Virus record (IMG/VR): IMGVR_UViG_3300010344_000850
Coordinates: 37,711-101,710 of that record
Strand: one strand, 5' to 3'
Length of the DNA stretch: 64,000 bases
DNA from: a virus
Lineage: Duplodnaviria > Caudoviricetes
Shown here: piece after piece, positions 1 to 8,769 of the stretch
How positions within the stretch are numbered: position 1 is the stretch's first letter
Layout: every line of letters begins with the position of its first letter
Made by a program: the position numbers and the translations under genes
The notes under the pieces: model-generated
What the model saw: only the letters and a program-made list of their open reading frames with translations
Told to the model about the DNA's origin: nothing
Databases searched by the model: none

Positions 1-1
1 A

Positions 2-148
2 TACGGAAATGAGAAGTATATTGTTCCTGAGAACTCTTTAAGTCGAGCTGAAAAACGAAAACTCCGTGAGGAGAAGCGGATTCAGAAACTCAAAGAGAAA
101 TACGAAAAAAAATTAAAAAAAATTGAACAGAAAAATAAACTGTTCTAA
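2..148 (+). CDS. 3' end of a basic hypothetical protein (runs off window start)
   Basis: Open frame YGNEKYIVPENSLSRAEKRKLREEKRIQKLKEKYEKKLKKIEQKNKLF ending TAA at 146-148, followed by the RBS of the next gene. Confidence 0.6.
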   Translation, partial: YGNEKYIVPENSLSRAEKRKLREEKRIQKLKEKYEKKLKKIEQKNKLF

Positions 149-163
149 CAAGGAGAACAATCA

Positions 164-580
164 ATGAAAGTGTTAGCAATTGGAAAGGGAGGAAAAGTTT
201 TTAAGGTCGGAACGAATGAGTCGGATGCGAAGTGGTATGTCACGGATGAGGTAGCGCAGTACGCTAAACAAGTCAAGATAGGTGATGAAATTGAACTGAA
301 GGCTAGGGTTGAAGGTAGGAATAACATTCTTACTTTTATCAAGATTACAGGGTCTTCAGCTCCTACAGGAGGTACTACGGCTTCTACTCCCTCTAGTTAT
401 CAGAAAAAGGCGTGGACTCCTTACGAGAAGCCTCAGGAAGTTCAGGACAGTATAAGACGCCAAGCATGCGCCCACGCCGTGAGTAGAACTCTTATCGGTC
501 TTCAGGGACAGTTTGATGTTAATAACGTTACTGAAATCATTGATGTTCTTTTCGCTAAGTATCTTGATTTAACTAAGTAA
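164..580 (+). CDS. Putative single-stranded DNA-binding protein (OB-fold-like N-terminus)
   Basis: AAGGAG RBS; beta-rich N-terminus (VKIGDEIELKARVEGRNNILTFIK), Ser/Thr/Gly linker, helical C-terminus; lies before the primase-helicase. Confidence 0.5.
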   Translation: MKVLAIGKGGKVFKVGTNESDAKWYVTDEVAQYAKQVKIGDEIELKARVEGRNNILTFIKITGSSAPTGGTTASTPSSYQKKAWTPYEKPQEVQDSIRRQACAHAVSRTLIGLQGQFDVNNVTEIIDVLFAKYLDLTK

Positions 581-589
581 AAAATATAA

Positions 590-745
590 AAATCGTAACT
601 GTGCTAAAGTGTGAGGATTCGTCACCCTCTTTGAGGCTACAGAGCCTACCCGAAACTATCTAGGAATATAGCGACCGATGACAAACGGTAAGCCTTACAG
701 ATTGTCTAGACAAAAAGTAAGGTCAACGGATAGTAGTTACGATTT
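590..745 (+). ncRNA. Candidate structured RNA or cis-acting structured element
   Basis: 11-bp closing inverted repeat AAATCGTAACT (590-600) / AGTTACGATTT (735-745) enclosing several short hairpins, followed by a T-run. Confidence 0.5.
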
Positions 746-769
746 ATTTTTTTAACTGAAAAGGAACTC

Positions 770-3700
770 ATGAAAGAAATTCGTCTTAAAACTATAGAGT
801 ATTTAGAGAAAGTGGTTCCTAATTTTAAAAAGACTAGAGGAAAGAATATCAATTTTACTTGTCCTCAATGTCTTTCTGACGAACCGACTTGTCATTTAAT
901 CTCTCCTACTGTCCCTGTTTTAATGTGTACAAAGTGCGCTTCACAGGGAAAGGGAAGATTAGGATATGTAGATGAGTACTACGCTAAAGTCAGAAATTGT
1001 ACGCCTGATGAAGTATTACAGGATATTGTTAAAGTATTATCTTTAACTACTCCCGCTCCTAAGACGCTTAAAGAATTTCTTGATTTTTATGAACAAATGA
1101 AATTTGATTTAGTTCCTGTTTCTAGGAATAGTAAAGCTCCGATTGAAATGGCTTGGACTACGAAAACTCATACGGATAGGAAAGAGTGGGAGAAGTGGTT
1201 AGAGAATAAACTGAATATCGGAGTTAAGGCAGGAGAATGTTCTAACGTTACTGTCATTGATATTGATACGGCTGAAATTCCTGAAGAGATTGATAAGCTT
1301 AAAGGAGAAGAAGTTCTTATTCAGAAGTCTCGTCAAGGATGGCATCTCTTCTATCAGTACGAACCTGAACTTGTTACTACTCGTATTGATGAGATGAAGA
1401 TTGATATTCTTAATAACGGAAAACAATGTATTCTTTATCCCTCTGAGATTGACGGATATTTTAGACAGTTTGTTACTGATTTGAAACCTATTCCGAAGAT
1501 GCCTTCTGCTTTGAAGGATTATATCAAAGAAAAAACAGGAAAGAATCCTGTTACTAAGACCTTCTCTGAAATTCTTAAAGAGGATATTCAAACAGAGAAT
1601 TTTCATTCAGACGTTATTCAAGAAGGTAATAGAAATAACTTTATGATTCGTTTAGGAGGAATCTTAAAGAAGGAATTAAATCTAGGACAAGTTTGTTATA
1701 CTCTTGATATTATTAATCGTCATTTTTGTAAGCCTTCTTTAGACCCTAGAGAATTTAGAAATCTTGTCAATCAAATTGACAAATATGTTTCTAATGATTT
1801 AAATGATACAACTTCTAAAGTATTAGCTTATCTTAAACTTGTAGGAGAAGCTACAGGACGAGATATTCAAGAAGTATTAGGAGAAAAGAAAGAGATTGTT
1901 GATAAAGTATTAGCTCATCTTATGAGAGAAGGATTAGTTCTCCGTAAGAATAGAATGTACATAGCCGTGAAGAGAGCTGATTGGAAGAATGAGTTTCCTA
2001 CTCTTTCTCCTGAAGTTCCTTTTAAAGTTCCTTATTTCAATGATGTAGCTCATTTTAATTACGGAGACATGATTCTTTTAGGCGGTAGAAGTAAGGTAGG
2101 TAAATGTATTTCCGAGGGATTAGTGTATACAAATCAAGGACTTAGAGACATAGCCGATATAGGAAAAAATCATCCTGATGGAACTTCTACTCTAACAAAA
2201 CATATAAGAGTATATAGCGGAGATTGGAAGAGAAAAACTTTTACTCATCCTAACTATTTTTACAAAGAAAAAGTTAATAATACAATAAAAATAACTACTC
2301 ATCACGGCTACGAGTTAGAGGGTACACCAGACCATCCTATTTTGGTTGTTAAACAAGGAACTAATAATATGTCTGAAACGGAATGGAAAAAACTCAGAGA
2401 TATTACAGAAAAAGACGAGGCGGTTTTAGTTACTCCTAAGAACAAACAGTCTAAAAGAATAAAAAAACAATACATTCCTATTTTTAAAGTATCCAAACAC
2501 GCTACAAATTTAAAACATACTGATTTTGACATGAGAATTACTCCTGAAATGAGCAAATTATTCGGCTATATAACAGGAGATGGACATGTCTATCATAGTA
2601 ATGTAAGAATTTATCAGAATAGTAAGGATACTCCTATACACGACGAAATTAGACATCTATGTAAAAAAATAGGGCTTCCTTTAAAAGAAACAATTTCTAA
2701 AAACGGAAATATGATTACATTTATAATTTCCTCTGTAAAGTTTTCTTTTTTCGTTAGAAGAAAGTTATTTGAGATAAGAAACAATAAAATATTTAACATC
2801 GGAAGTCGTTTTAGATTCTTTCCTCGTTGTATTTTATCGGCTAATGAAGAAGTACAGATAGGGTTTATAGAAGGTCTTTTTAATTGTGAAAGTTGGATAA
2901 ATAAACAAAAGGGAATCAGCGTAGGGCTAACTAATCCAAAGCTAATTAAACAGCTTCACGTTATTCTATTAAAATTTGGAGTAATAAGTAGACTTAGACT
3001 GCGTATAGGATATAAAGGGCACGAGACGGGAAGATTAACTATACCTGCTTATTTCGTACAAAAATTTCTTAAAACCTTTAATTTAGCTAAATACAAAAAT
3101 CATCTTTTTCAAGAAAATAACAAGCTACCTTATAACTTAAAAGAGGTCGGTAAGAATCAATTTAAGGAAGAAGCTTCTTTCTATTTAGATAAAATAAAAA
3201 AGATTGAATACAAAAATGAAGAAAAATACGTATATGATTTTAATCTAAGTTCAGATAAATATAAAAAAGCTAACAGATTTTGGGTTAATGGATTTGTTTC
3301 TCATAACACTACTCAAGCTATGAATATTATTAAGAGATTCGTAGCTCAAGGAGTTAAGCCCCATTATATGTACCTTGAGACTGGATGTTTTGACGAAGAA
3401 ACTGAATTACTAACAAACAACGGTTGGAAGAATTTGGATAGTATACTAGAAACTGACAAGGTTTTAAGTTTAAATCCTATGGAAGGTTTTTCCGTTTATA
3501 AGCCAATTACTCATATTTTTAAAGAGAATTATAAAGGAAAAATGCTTTCGTATAAGAACGATGCTGTTGACTTTAAAATAACCCCTAATCATAAAATTTA
3601 TTATAGAAGTGAGTATGAAGATTTTTATGAATTAGATGAAATTAGAGAGGTTATTAAACATAACAAGAGTATTAGATTTAAAACTAACTTTAAATTGAGA

Positions 3701-4885
3701 GATAATCATTTTCGTGTCTCTGAAATTAAAATAGGTGAAAAATACTTTAACAGAACCGCTTTAATGAAATTTTTAGGATGGTTTATTTCAGAAGGTAATT
3801 TGACAGGTACAGATATTCCTGAACATTCTAAAAAAAGAAAAGTTTGGAAAATTCAAATAACTCAAAGAAAAGAAACCTATAAAAAAGAACTCTTAGCTAT
3901 GTTTTCTGAGCTTGGATTTACTCCAAAAATATCAAGAGGAGAAGTTTACTATATAGACAGTAAGGAATTATATGTTTGGTTAAGAACCTACTGTTATCAT
4001 CCTGAACTAAAAAGGATGAGAAGGTCTTATATTAAATATATTCCTGAAATTGTTATGGAAGCTACTCCTGATGATATTCGAGTATTTTTAGATTCTTATA
4101 TTATGGGAGATGGACATTTTTCTATAAGAAAAGATGGAACAAGAATCAATCATATTTCTACAGCTCAAAAACATTTGGCTGATTCCCTACAACTTTTAAT
4201 GTTAAAACTAGGAAAATCAGCTTCTTTAAAATTCTATAAAAACTCAACTCTAGGATGTTATAGAGTAACGGAAATAATTGAAAATGAAGTTCAAGTCAAA
4301 AAAGATAAAATTACAGAAGAGAATTATGACGGAAGAATATGGTGTGTAGAGACAAAGCCTTATCATTTAGTTTTTGCTAGGAGAAACGGATATTGTTATT
4401 GGTCTGGGAATTCTCGTTTCCTAAAAACGGCTCTAACTTTAGGATTAAAAGAGGGAGATTTTTATCACGCTTTCGTTAGCGACCCTACTAAAGTTGAATT
4501 AGAAAAGAACGCTGTTACTATTTTAGATTGGTTACTTATTGATAATTACGCTGAAACGGATAAGGTTTTAAAGTATTTCGTTGAACAGCTTAATAAGACT
4601 AATGGTTTTCTTATTATCTTTATGCAACTTAAAGAGGGAGATAATTGGTTCGCTCCTAATATGATTCATTTCTTTCCTGCTTTAGCCGCTAGATATATAT
4701 ATGATAAAGTAGAAACAGGCTACGGAACTACGGGGGCGTGGGTGATTGACGCTGTTCGTGACCCTAAGAATCATAGCAAGGGTGGTAATTTACCATGCAC
4801 GTATGACTGGGTTAATAAAACATTAAAACTAAATGGAGAAATTGATGAAAAAGAAGAAAGAAAAGATGAAGACCGTCCCTTTTAG
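770..4885 (+). CDS. Primase-helicase (Zn finger + Prim-Pol + PriCT + winged helix + RecA-fold helicase) with two inteins
   Basis: CPQC/CTKC Zn finger; NIGVKAG, VIDID, SRQGWHLFY Prim-Pol motifs; EGNRNN PriCT; Walker A GRSKVGK|T split by an intein; Walker B-like VTILD. Confidence 0.9.
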   Translation: MKEIRLKTIEYLEKVVPNFKKTRGKNINFTCPQCLSDEPTCHLISPTVPVLMCTKCASQGKGRLGYVDEYYAKVRNCTPDEVLQDIVKVLSLTTPAPKTLKEFLDFYEQMKFDLVPVSRNSKAPIEMAWTTKTHTDRKEWEKWLENKLNIGVKAGECSNVTVIDIDTAEIPEEIDKLKGEEVLIQKSRQGWHLFYQYEPELVTTRIDEMKIDILNNGKQCILYPSEIDGYFRQFVTDLKPIPKMPSALKDYIKEKTGKNPVTKTFSEILKEDIQTENFHSDVIQEGNRNNFMIRLGGILKKELNLGQVCYTLDIINRHFCKPSLDPREFRNLVNQIDKYVSNDLNDTTSKVLAYLKLVGEATGRDIQEVLGEKKEIVDKVLAHLMREGLVLRKNRMYIAVKRADWKNEFPTLSPEVPFKVPYFNDVAHFNYGDMILLGGRSKVGKCISEGLVYTNQGLRDIADIGKNHPDGTSTLTKHIRVYSGDWKRKTFTHPNYFYKEKVNNTIKITTHHGYELEGTPDHPILVVKQGTNNMSETEWKKLRDITEKDEAVLVTPKNKQSKRIKKQYIPIFKVSKHATNLKHTDFDMRITPEMSKLFGYITGDGHVYHSNVRIYQNSKDTPIHDEIRHLCKKIGLPLKETISKNGNMITFIISSVKFSFFVRRKLFEIRNNKIFNIGSRFRFFPRCILSANEEVQIGFIEGLFNCESWINKQKGISVGLTNPKLIKQLHVILLKFGVISRLRLRIGYKGHETGRLTIPAYFVQKFLKTFNLAKYKNHLFQENNKLPYNLKEVGKNQFKEEASFYLDKIKKIEYKNEEKYVYDFNLSSDKYKKANRFWVNGFVSHNTTQAMNIIKRFVAQGVKPHYMYLETGCFDEETELLTNNGWKNLDSILETDKVLSLNPMEGFSVYKPITHIFKENYKGKMLSYKNDAVDFKITPNHKIYYRSEYEDFYELDEIREVIKHNKSIRFKTNFKLRDNHFRVSEIKIGEKYFNRTALMKFLGWFISEGNLTGTDIPEHSKKRKVWKIQITQRKETYKKELLAMFSELGFTPKISRGEVYYIDSKELYVWLRTYCYHPELKRMRRSYIKYIPEIVMEATPDDIRVFLDSYIMGDGHFSIRKDGTRINHISTAQKHLADSLQLLMLKLGKSASLKFYKNSTLGCYRVTEIIENEVQVKKDKITEENYDGRIWCVETKPYHLVFARRNGYCYWSGNSRFLKTALTLGLKEGDFYHAFVSDPTKVELEKNAVTILDWLLIDNYAETDKVLKYFVEQLNKTNGFLIIFMQLKEGDNWFAPNMIHFFPALAARYIYDKVETGYGTTGAWVIDAVRDPKNHSKGGNLPCTYDWVNKTLKLNGEIDEKEERKDEDRPF
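2105..3307 (+). mobile_element. Intein 1 (LAGLIDADG) in the helicase Walker A
   Basis: Starts CISEG; block B TPDHP; FGYITGDG and GLFNCES endonuclease motifs; ends FVSHN followed by Thr. Confidence 0.95.
3386..4411 (+). mobile_element. Intein 2 (LAGLIDADG) after the helicase YLETG motif
   Basis: Starts CFDEETELLT; TPNH; FLGWFISEG and SYIMGDG; ends YWSGN followed by Ser. Confidence 0.95.
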
Positions 4886-5201
4886 GAAGTATTTTTATGA
4901 ATGTTCTTGTAGCGGAGAAGGACTGATTACTGACGAGGACGAGAATTCTATTTATGTTTCGCTGTGGAAATTGGGATTCGGTCAGAAGAGTCACAGTAGT
5001 TTAAGAGAAAGGTTAAGATGGGCTTGGAATCTCTTAACAAAAGGAACTCCTGATATTTCAATTTGGACAGATTACGTGATGTTTACTCCTGATACGGCTA
5101 TTGAAATATCAGAGGATTTATTCGCTAGAGGAGTTAGATTAAAACAAACCTCTACTTTGAATAAGAAGGTGAAGAAGAATGTCTCTAAAAAAGAAAATTG
5201 A
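4866..5201 (+). CDS. Hypothetical phage protein
   Basis: ORF track 4833-5201; internal Met at 4866 preferred because it shortens the overlap; ECSC motif. Confidence 0.6.
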   Translation: MKTVPFRKYFYECSCSGEGLITDEDENSIYVSLWKLGFGQKSHSSLRERLRWAWNLLTKGTPDISIWTDYVMFTPDTAIEISEDLFARGVRLKQTSTLNKKVKKNVSKKEN

Positions 5202-5535
5202 CCATCGTGCATTTGTAAACAAGTATTTTAAAGACCCGACTCATCATTTACCTATGATATCGGGAACAGGGCATAACACTCCTAAATATGTTTCTCCTAA
5301 TATTAAAAAAGCTAAGAAGTTAAGGAAATATAAAACAGTACATGAGTGTTATTGCGGAAACACAGAGGAGAGAGAATCTATATTAAGAAATACTTTAATG
5401 TTTCTTAATAAAAAATCTTTTGTAGCTTGTTCTAGATGTACAAATTTAATGAAATTGAAAAGAATCGAGGAAAATATATTTGTTATAATATATTTATACG
5501 CTAATTGCTTATTACAGAGTTTGAAAAGAAAATAG
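5179..5535 (+). CDS. Basic Cys-containing hypothetical protein
   Basis: CYCG and CSRC pairs; AAGGTG RBS; coupled to neighbours. Confidence 0.5.
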   Translation: MSLKKKIDHRAFVNKYFKDPTHHLPMISGTGHNTPKYVSPNIKKAKKLRKYKTVHECYCGNTEERESILRNTLMFLNKKSFVACSRCTNLMKLKRIEENIFVIIYLYANCLLQSLKRK

Positions 5536-6008
5536 GAAGACCGCTTAAAAGAAATATTACAGTCCTCGGACTTGATACAGCAACCAAGAGCGGTTGGTGC
5601 ATTCTAAAAACAACGAAGAAGAATATTACTTTTAAGTACGGAACATTTAGGGTAGAGACAAAAGAAACCTATTCTAAATACAACGAAGTAATTAGACTGT
5701 TTCAAGAGTTAATTCAACCTAATCATAAAGTAGTTATTGAGGATACTTTCTTTAGATTTAATCCCAGAATGTACTGTATGATATCAAGGATCGGAGCTAT
5801 CGCTTATACTATAGCTCATCTTAAGGGCTGTGAAGTAGAGTATATTCTAGCTACTTCCGCTAGATGTAGATTAGGTTTAAAAGGAAACGGAAAGAAAGAA
5901 GATATACAAGCTGAGTTTCTTAGAATGACAGATATTAAAGAGTTGGATAATGATATTGTGGATGCTGCAATCTTGGCTGTAGGCGGAGCTATTGAAAAGC
6001 TGATTTAA
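5505..6008 (+). CDS. RuvC-like Holliday junction resolvase
   Basis: RNase H-fold acidic motifs VLGLD, VVIED, DIVDA; GNGKKED. Confidence 0.85.
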   Translation: MLITEFEKKIGRPLKRNITVLGLDTATKSGWCILKTTKKNITFKYGTFRVETKETYSKYNEVIRLFQELIQPNHKVVIEDTFFRFNPRMYCMISRIGAIAYTIAHLKGCEVEYILATSARCRLGLKGNGKKEDIQAEFLRMTDIKELDNDIVDAAILAVGGAIEKLI

Positions 6009-6022
6009 CCACAAGATTTCAC

Positions 6023-6051
6023 TTGACAAATTTAAAAACGTATGATAGAAT
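6023..6051 (+). promoter_or_regulatory. Sigma70-type promoter with extended -10
   Basis: TTGACA (6023-6028), 17 bp, TAGAAT (6046-6051) preceded by TG, in an intergenic gap. Confidence 0.8.
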
Positions 6052-6060
6052 AAAGGTTCT

Positions 6061-6444
6061 ATGAGTAAAGAAGAAAATAAGAAAACAGTTAAAGGATTGA
6101 AACAGATGTCAGATAAAGATAATTCATTAGAGCATTTTTGCGCTAACCATTTAAAGGAAATAGACCCTACCGCTAGAAAAAGTAGAGGTTCAGGGTGCGG
6201 AAATGAGATAGCTGATATTAGTAATAAGTACTTTTATGTGGAATGCAAACAGCAATTAACACGTGAAAACTTCACTTTTGATAGGAAGGTATGGTTGAAA
6301 CATTTGAGCGGATTACCTATTGTAACAAAGAAGATTCCTTTTATGTGTTATGAAAATAAATTACATGAAAGATATGTAGTATTAGAAGCAGAAGACTTTT
6401 TTAAAATTGTTAAAAATCTTATAAAAGAAAAGGGAGAAATTTAA
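6061..6444 (+). CDS. PD-(D/E)XK nuclease, Hjc-like resolvase
   Basis: LEHF...SRGSG...ADI...FYVECK motif order. Confidence 0.7.
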   Translation: MSKEENKKTVKGLKQMSDKDNSLEHFCANHLKEIDPTARKSRGSGCGNEIADISNKYFYVECKQQLTRENFTFDRKVWLKHLSGLPIVTKKIPFMCYENKLHERYVVLEAEDFFKIVKNLIKEKGEI

Positions 6445-6830
6445 TGTTAGTTAAATTGAATAAACTTTGGAACTCACAGAAGGCGTTAGGGGCTTTAAAT
6501 ATTATTAAGGATTTACCTATTAAAACGAGCTATTGGATAGGGAAAAATACGAAGAAGATTTCTAGAGAAATTGAACTCATTGAAGAGAAGCGTAGGGATT
6601 TAGTCAAGAAATACGGAACTGAAAATGAGAAGAAAGAAACTTCTGTTCCTCAGGAAAAGATGGAGGAATTTACAAAGGAGTTTTACGACCTTCTTGATAC
6701 TGAAATTGAAGTTGATTTGAGGCTTTTTAATATTGATGAGTTTACAGGAAAAAGCGGATTGACAGGACAGGACATGTTACAGCTCGATTTTCTTTTTCAA
6801 GACAATGAACCTAAAACAGAGGCTAAGTAA
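6444..6830 (+). CDS. Helical phage protein (DUF1617-like)
   Basis: LPIKTSY...RRDLVKKYG...EFYDLLDTEIE pattern; TAATG coupling. Confidence 0.5.
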   Translation: MLVKLNKLWNSQKALGALNIIKDLPIKTSYWIGKNTKKISREIELIEEKRRDLVKKYGTENEKKETSVPQEKMEEFTKEFYDLLDTEIEVDLRLFNIDEFTGKSGLTGQDMLQLDFLFQDNEPKTEAK

Positions 6831-6836
6831 AAACCA

Positions 6837-7781
6837 ATGGGACGACCGAAAAAAATCAAATCTACTGAAGTTCTTGTGAAAGAAGCTGAGACTGAAATTA
6901 AGAAAGCCGTAGCTGATAAACACGATGACGCTCGTAAAGCTAAACTTCGTAAACTTCTTCAGGATATTAATAAGAAGTATGAAATTGACGCTGTTCATTT
7001 CGGAAGCGAGGAGAAGGAGTGGGAGAAGATTGGTTTCGGTGTTCCTCCTATTGATGAGATGTTAGGGGGCGGTATTCCGAGAGGTAGGTTTTCCGTTCTG
7101 TGGGGGCCACCCAAAACAGGGAAGACTACGCTTGTTTATAATATGATAGCTAACGCTCAAAAGAAAGGGTTGGCGGTTTGTTTGATGGCTCTTGAGGGAT
7201 TTGACGCTGAGAGAGCTAAACTTTTCGGAGTTGATTTAGAGACTCTTGTTGTCGGTCGTTTCCCTAAAGCTGAACAGTCTTTAGATACGCTTATTAAGCT
7301 TTCTAAGGATAAGGTTGTTGATTTAATTATTGTAGATAGTATTCACAGTATGGCTCCTAAAGGAGAATTAGAGGAAGGAAAAGCGGGGAAAGAAAAAAGT
7401 ACTGAAGCGGATACAATGGCTCTACTCGCTAGAAAACTATCTCAGTTTTTTAGGATGGCTACTGACCCTGTTTATCGAGGAAATGTAGCGGTTCTTCTTA
7501 TCGGACAGACTAGGACTAGTGTAGGGTTTATTGCTTTTGAACAATTAAGCGGAGGGAACGCCTTATTGCACTCAGCTAAGTTAATTATGCACCTTCGGAG
7601 GGGTCAGAAGGCAGACGCTCCTGTAGAACGATTTAAAGACGATGAAGGGAAGAAACAGGAAATTATTATCGGCTTTGATACAGCGATTAAACTTGAGAAA
7701 GTTCAAGTACCTAATTGTAGCCCTGAAGGTTCTGAACTTCACCTTCCTTACCACTATGATAAAGGCTTTGTATGGGAGTAA
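6837..7781 (+). CDS. recA: RecA/UvsX-like recombinase
   Basis: GGGIPRGR, Walker A GPPKTGKTT, Walker B LIIVDS, ARKLSQ, SGGNAL. Confidence 0.92.
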   Translation: MGRPKKIKSTEVLVKEAETEIKKAVADKHDDARKAKLRKLLQDINKKYEIDAVHFGSEEKEWEKIGFGVPPIDEMLGGGIPRGRFSVLWGPPKTGKTTLVYNMIANAQKKGLAVCLMALEGFDAERAKLFGVDLETLVVGRFPKAEQSLDTLIKLSKDKVVDLIIVDSIHSMAPKGELEEGKAGKEKSTEADTMALLARKLSQFFRMATDPVYRGNVAVLLIGQTRTSVGFIAFEQLSGGNALLHSAKLIMHLRRGQKADAPVERFKDDEGKKQEIIIGFDTAIKLEKVQVPNCSPEGSELHLPYHYDKGFVWE

Positions 7782-7842
7782 ATTCTTTTAGTATCGGTAA
7801 TCCTAATTACACTACTCATAATGATGATTGGAGTGAAAAATA

Positions 7843-8067
7843 ATGGCTAAGAGTTCTAGTAAATCAAGTAACTATTCAAATGAACGAAGATTAGTTAATA
7901 AGAGAAAGAAACAGGATAAAAAAGCTCTTAAATTAGAGAAAAGGAAAGAATGGCGTCTAAAAAAGTACGCTGAAAAGAAACTTGAAGAAATGTCTAATAC
8001 TACTCGTAGGTTATTGAAGAAGTGGACTAAGGATGAGAAATATAACCGAAAGAGTAATAAACTGTGA
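7843..8067 (+). CDS. Very basic small hypothetical protein
   Basis: GGAG RBS; 74 aa Lys/Arg-rich ORF. Confidence 0.55.
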   Translation: MAKSSSKSSNYSNERRLVNKRKKQDKKALKLEKRKEWRLKKYAEKKLEEMSNTTRRLLKKWTKDEKYNRKSNKL

Positions 8068-8204
8068 ACAAAAAATGTAAGGAATGTAATAGTGAAGTAG
8101 TTTTTATGGACGATTCAATTAATGACGACAGTAGTTCAGGTTTTTACTTGTGTCCGAATTGTCACGAAATGTACTCAATCGAAGAAATCGAAAAAGGAGA
8201 TTAA
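8064..8204 (+). CDS. Small zinc-ribbon protein (46 aa, below ORF-track cutoff)
   Basis: GTG start overlapping the previous stop; CKEC...CPNC; fills the gap exactly. Confidence 0.6.
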   Translation: MNKKCKECNSEVVFMDDSINDDSSSGFYLCPNCHEMYSIEEIEKGD

Positions 8205-8651
8205 ATGAAATACGAAGAGATAGATTCATATTTTACTGATTCTGAAAGCGTTCTAGAGATTCTCCCTATTTGTAGCGAACAGTTTACTCGTATTGATGAA
8301 ATCGGAGGGATTTTAAGAAACAGGGGATTTTCAACACCTGTGGAAATCGAAGCTCTCCTGAAGGAACTCAACGGAATCAATATTTTCTTGACTCCGATTT
8401 TAGGTGTAGCTACTACGGCTAAGACTGAAAACGAGGACAGGGAATATCATGAACGAAAGATGATGTTAGAAAAAGAAGGAGCTAAGGTAGTAGACGCTGT
8501 TTTAAATCGTGAGGCTTCTTTCGCTATTTCTAATTATCGTAGAGTTCGTAATGTTATTGAGGCGTATATTTCAGTAGTGAATACTCTTATTATGAGTTCT
8601 CAATCTCTTCTTAAGAACAGCGAAAGGGAAAGACAGAATGTTGTTTCTTAG
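8205..8651 (+). CDS. Helical protein, possibly a UvsY-like recombination mediator
   Basis: AAGGAG RBS; all-helical 148 aa near recA; function inferred from context only. Confidence 0.35.
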   Translation: MKYEEIDSYFTDSESVLEILPICSEQFTRIDEIGGILRNRGFSTPVEIEALLKELNGINIFLTPILGVATTAKTENEDREYHERKMMLEKEGAKVVDAVLNREASFAISNYRRVRNVIEAYISVVNTLIMSSQSLLKNSERERQNVVS

Positions 8652-8769
8652 TTGTTTAACTATTTTAGCTATATGTGTTTTAGGAGTATTAACTTTTTTA
8701 GGCTTGAAAATAACAATCAGTCTTATTGTAGATTTATTTTACGATGAAATTAAGAAAAGGAAACTATAA
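8638..8769 (+). CDS. Small membrane peptide (43 aa)
   Basis: MLFLSCLTILAICVLGVLTFLGLKITISLIVDLFYDEIKKRKL; stop abuts the polymerase start. Confidence 0.5.
   Translation: MLFLSCLTILAICVLGVLTFLGLKITISLIVDLFYDEIKKRKL

Noticed and set aside
640-700. Hammerhead or twister ribozyme (CGAAAC, CCGATGA, ATGACAAA loop)
   Set aside because: Core consensus and stem order do not fit; kept only as an unassigned structured element
1199-2799. Antisense ORFs inside the primase-helicase and similar ones elsewhere
   Set aside because: Fully opposite well-supported genes, with composition typical of reverse-read codons
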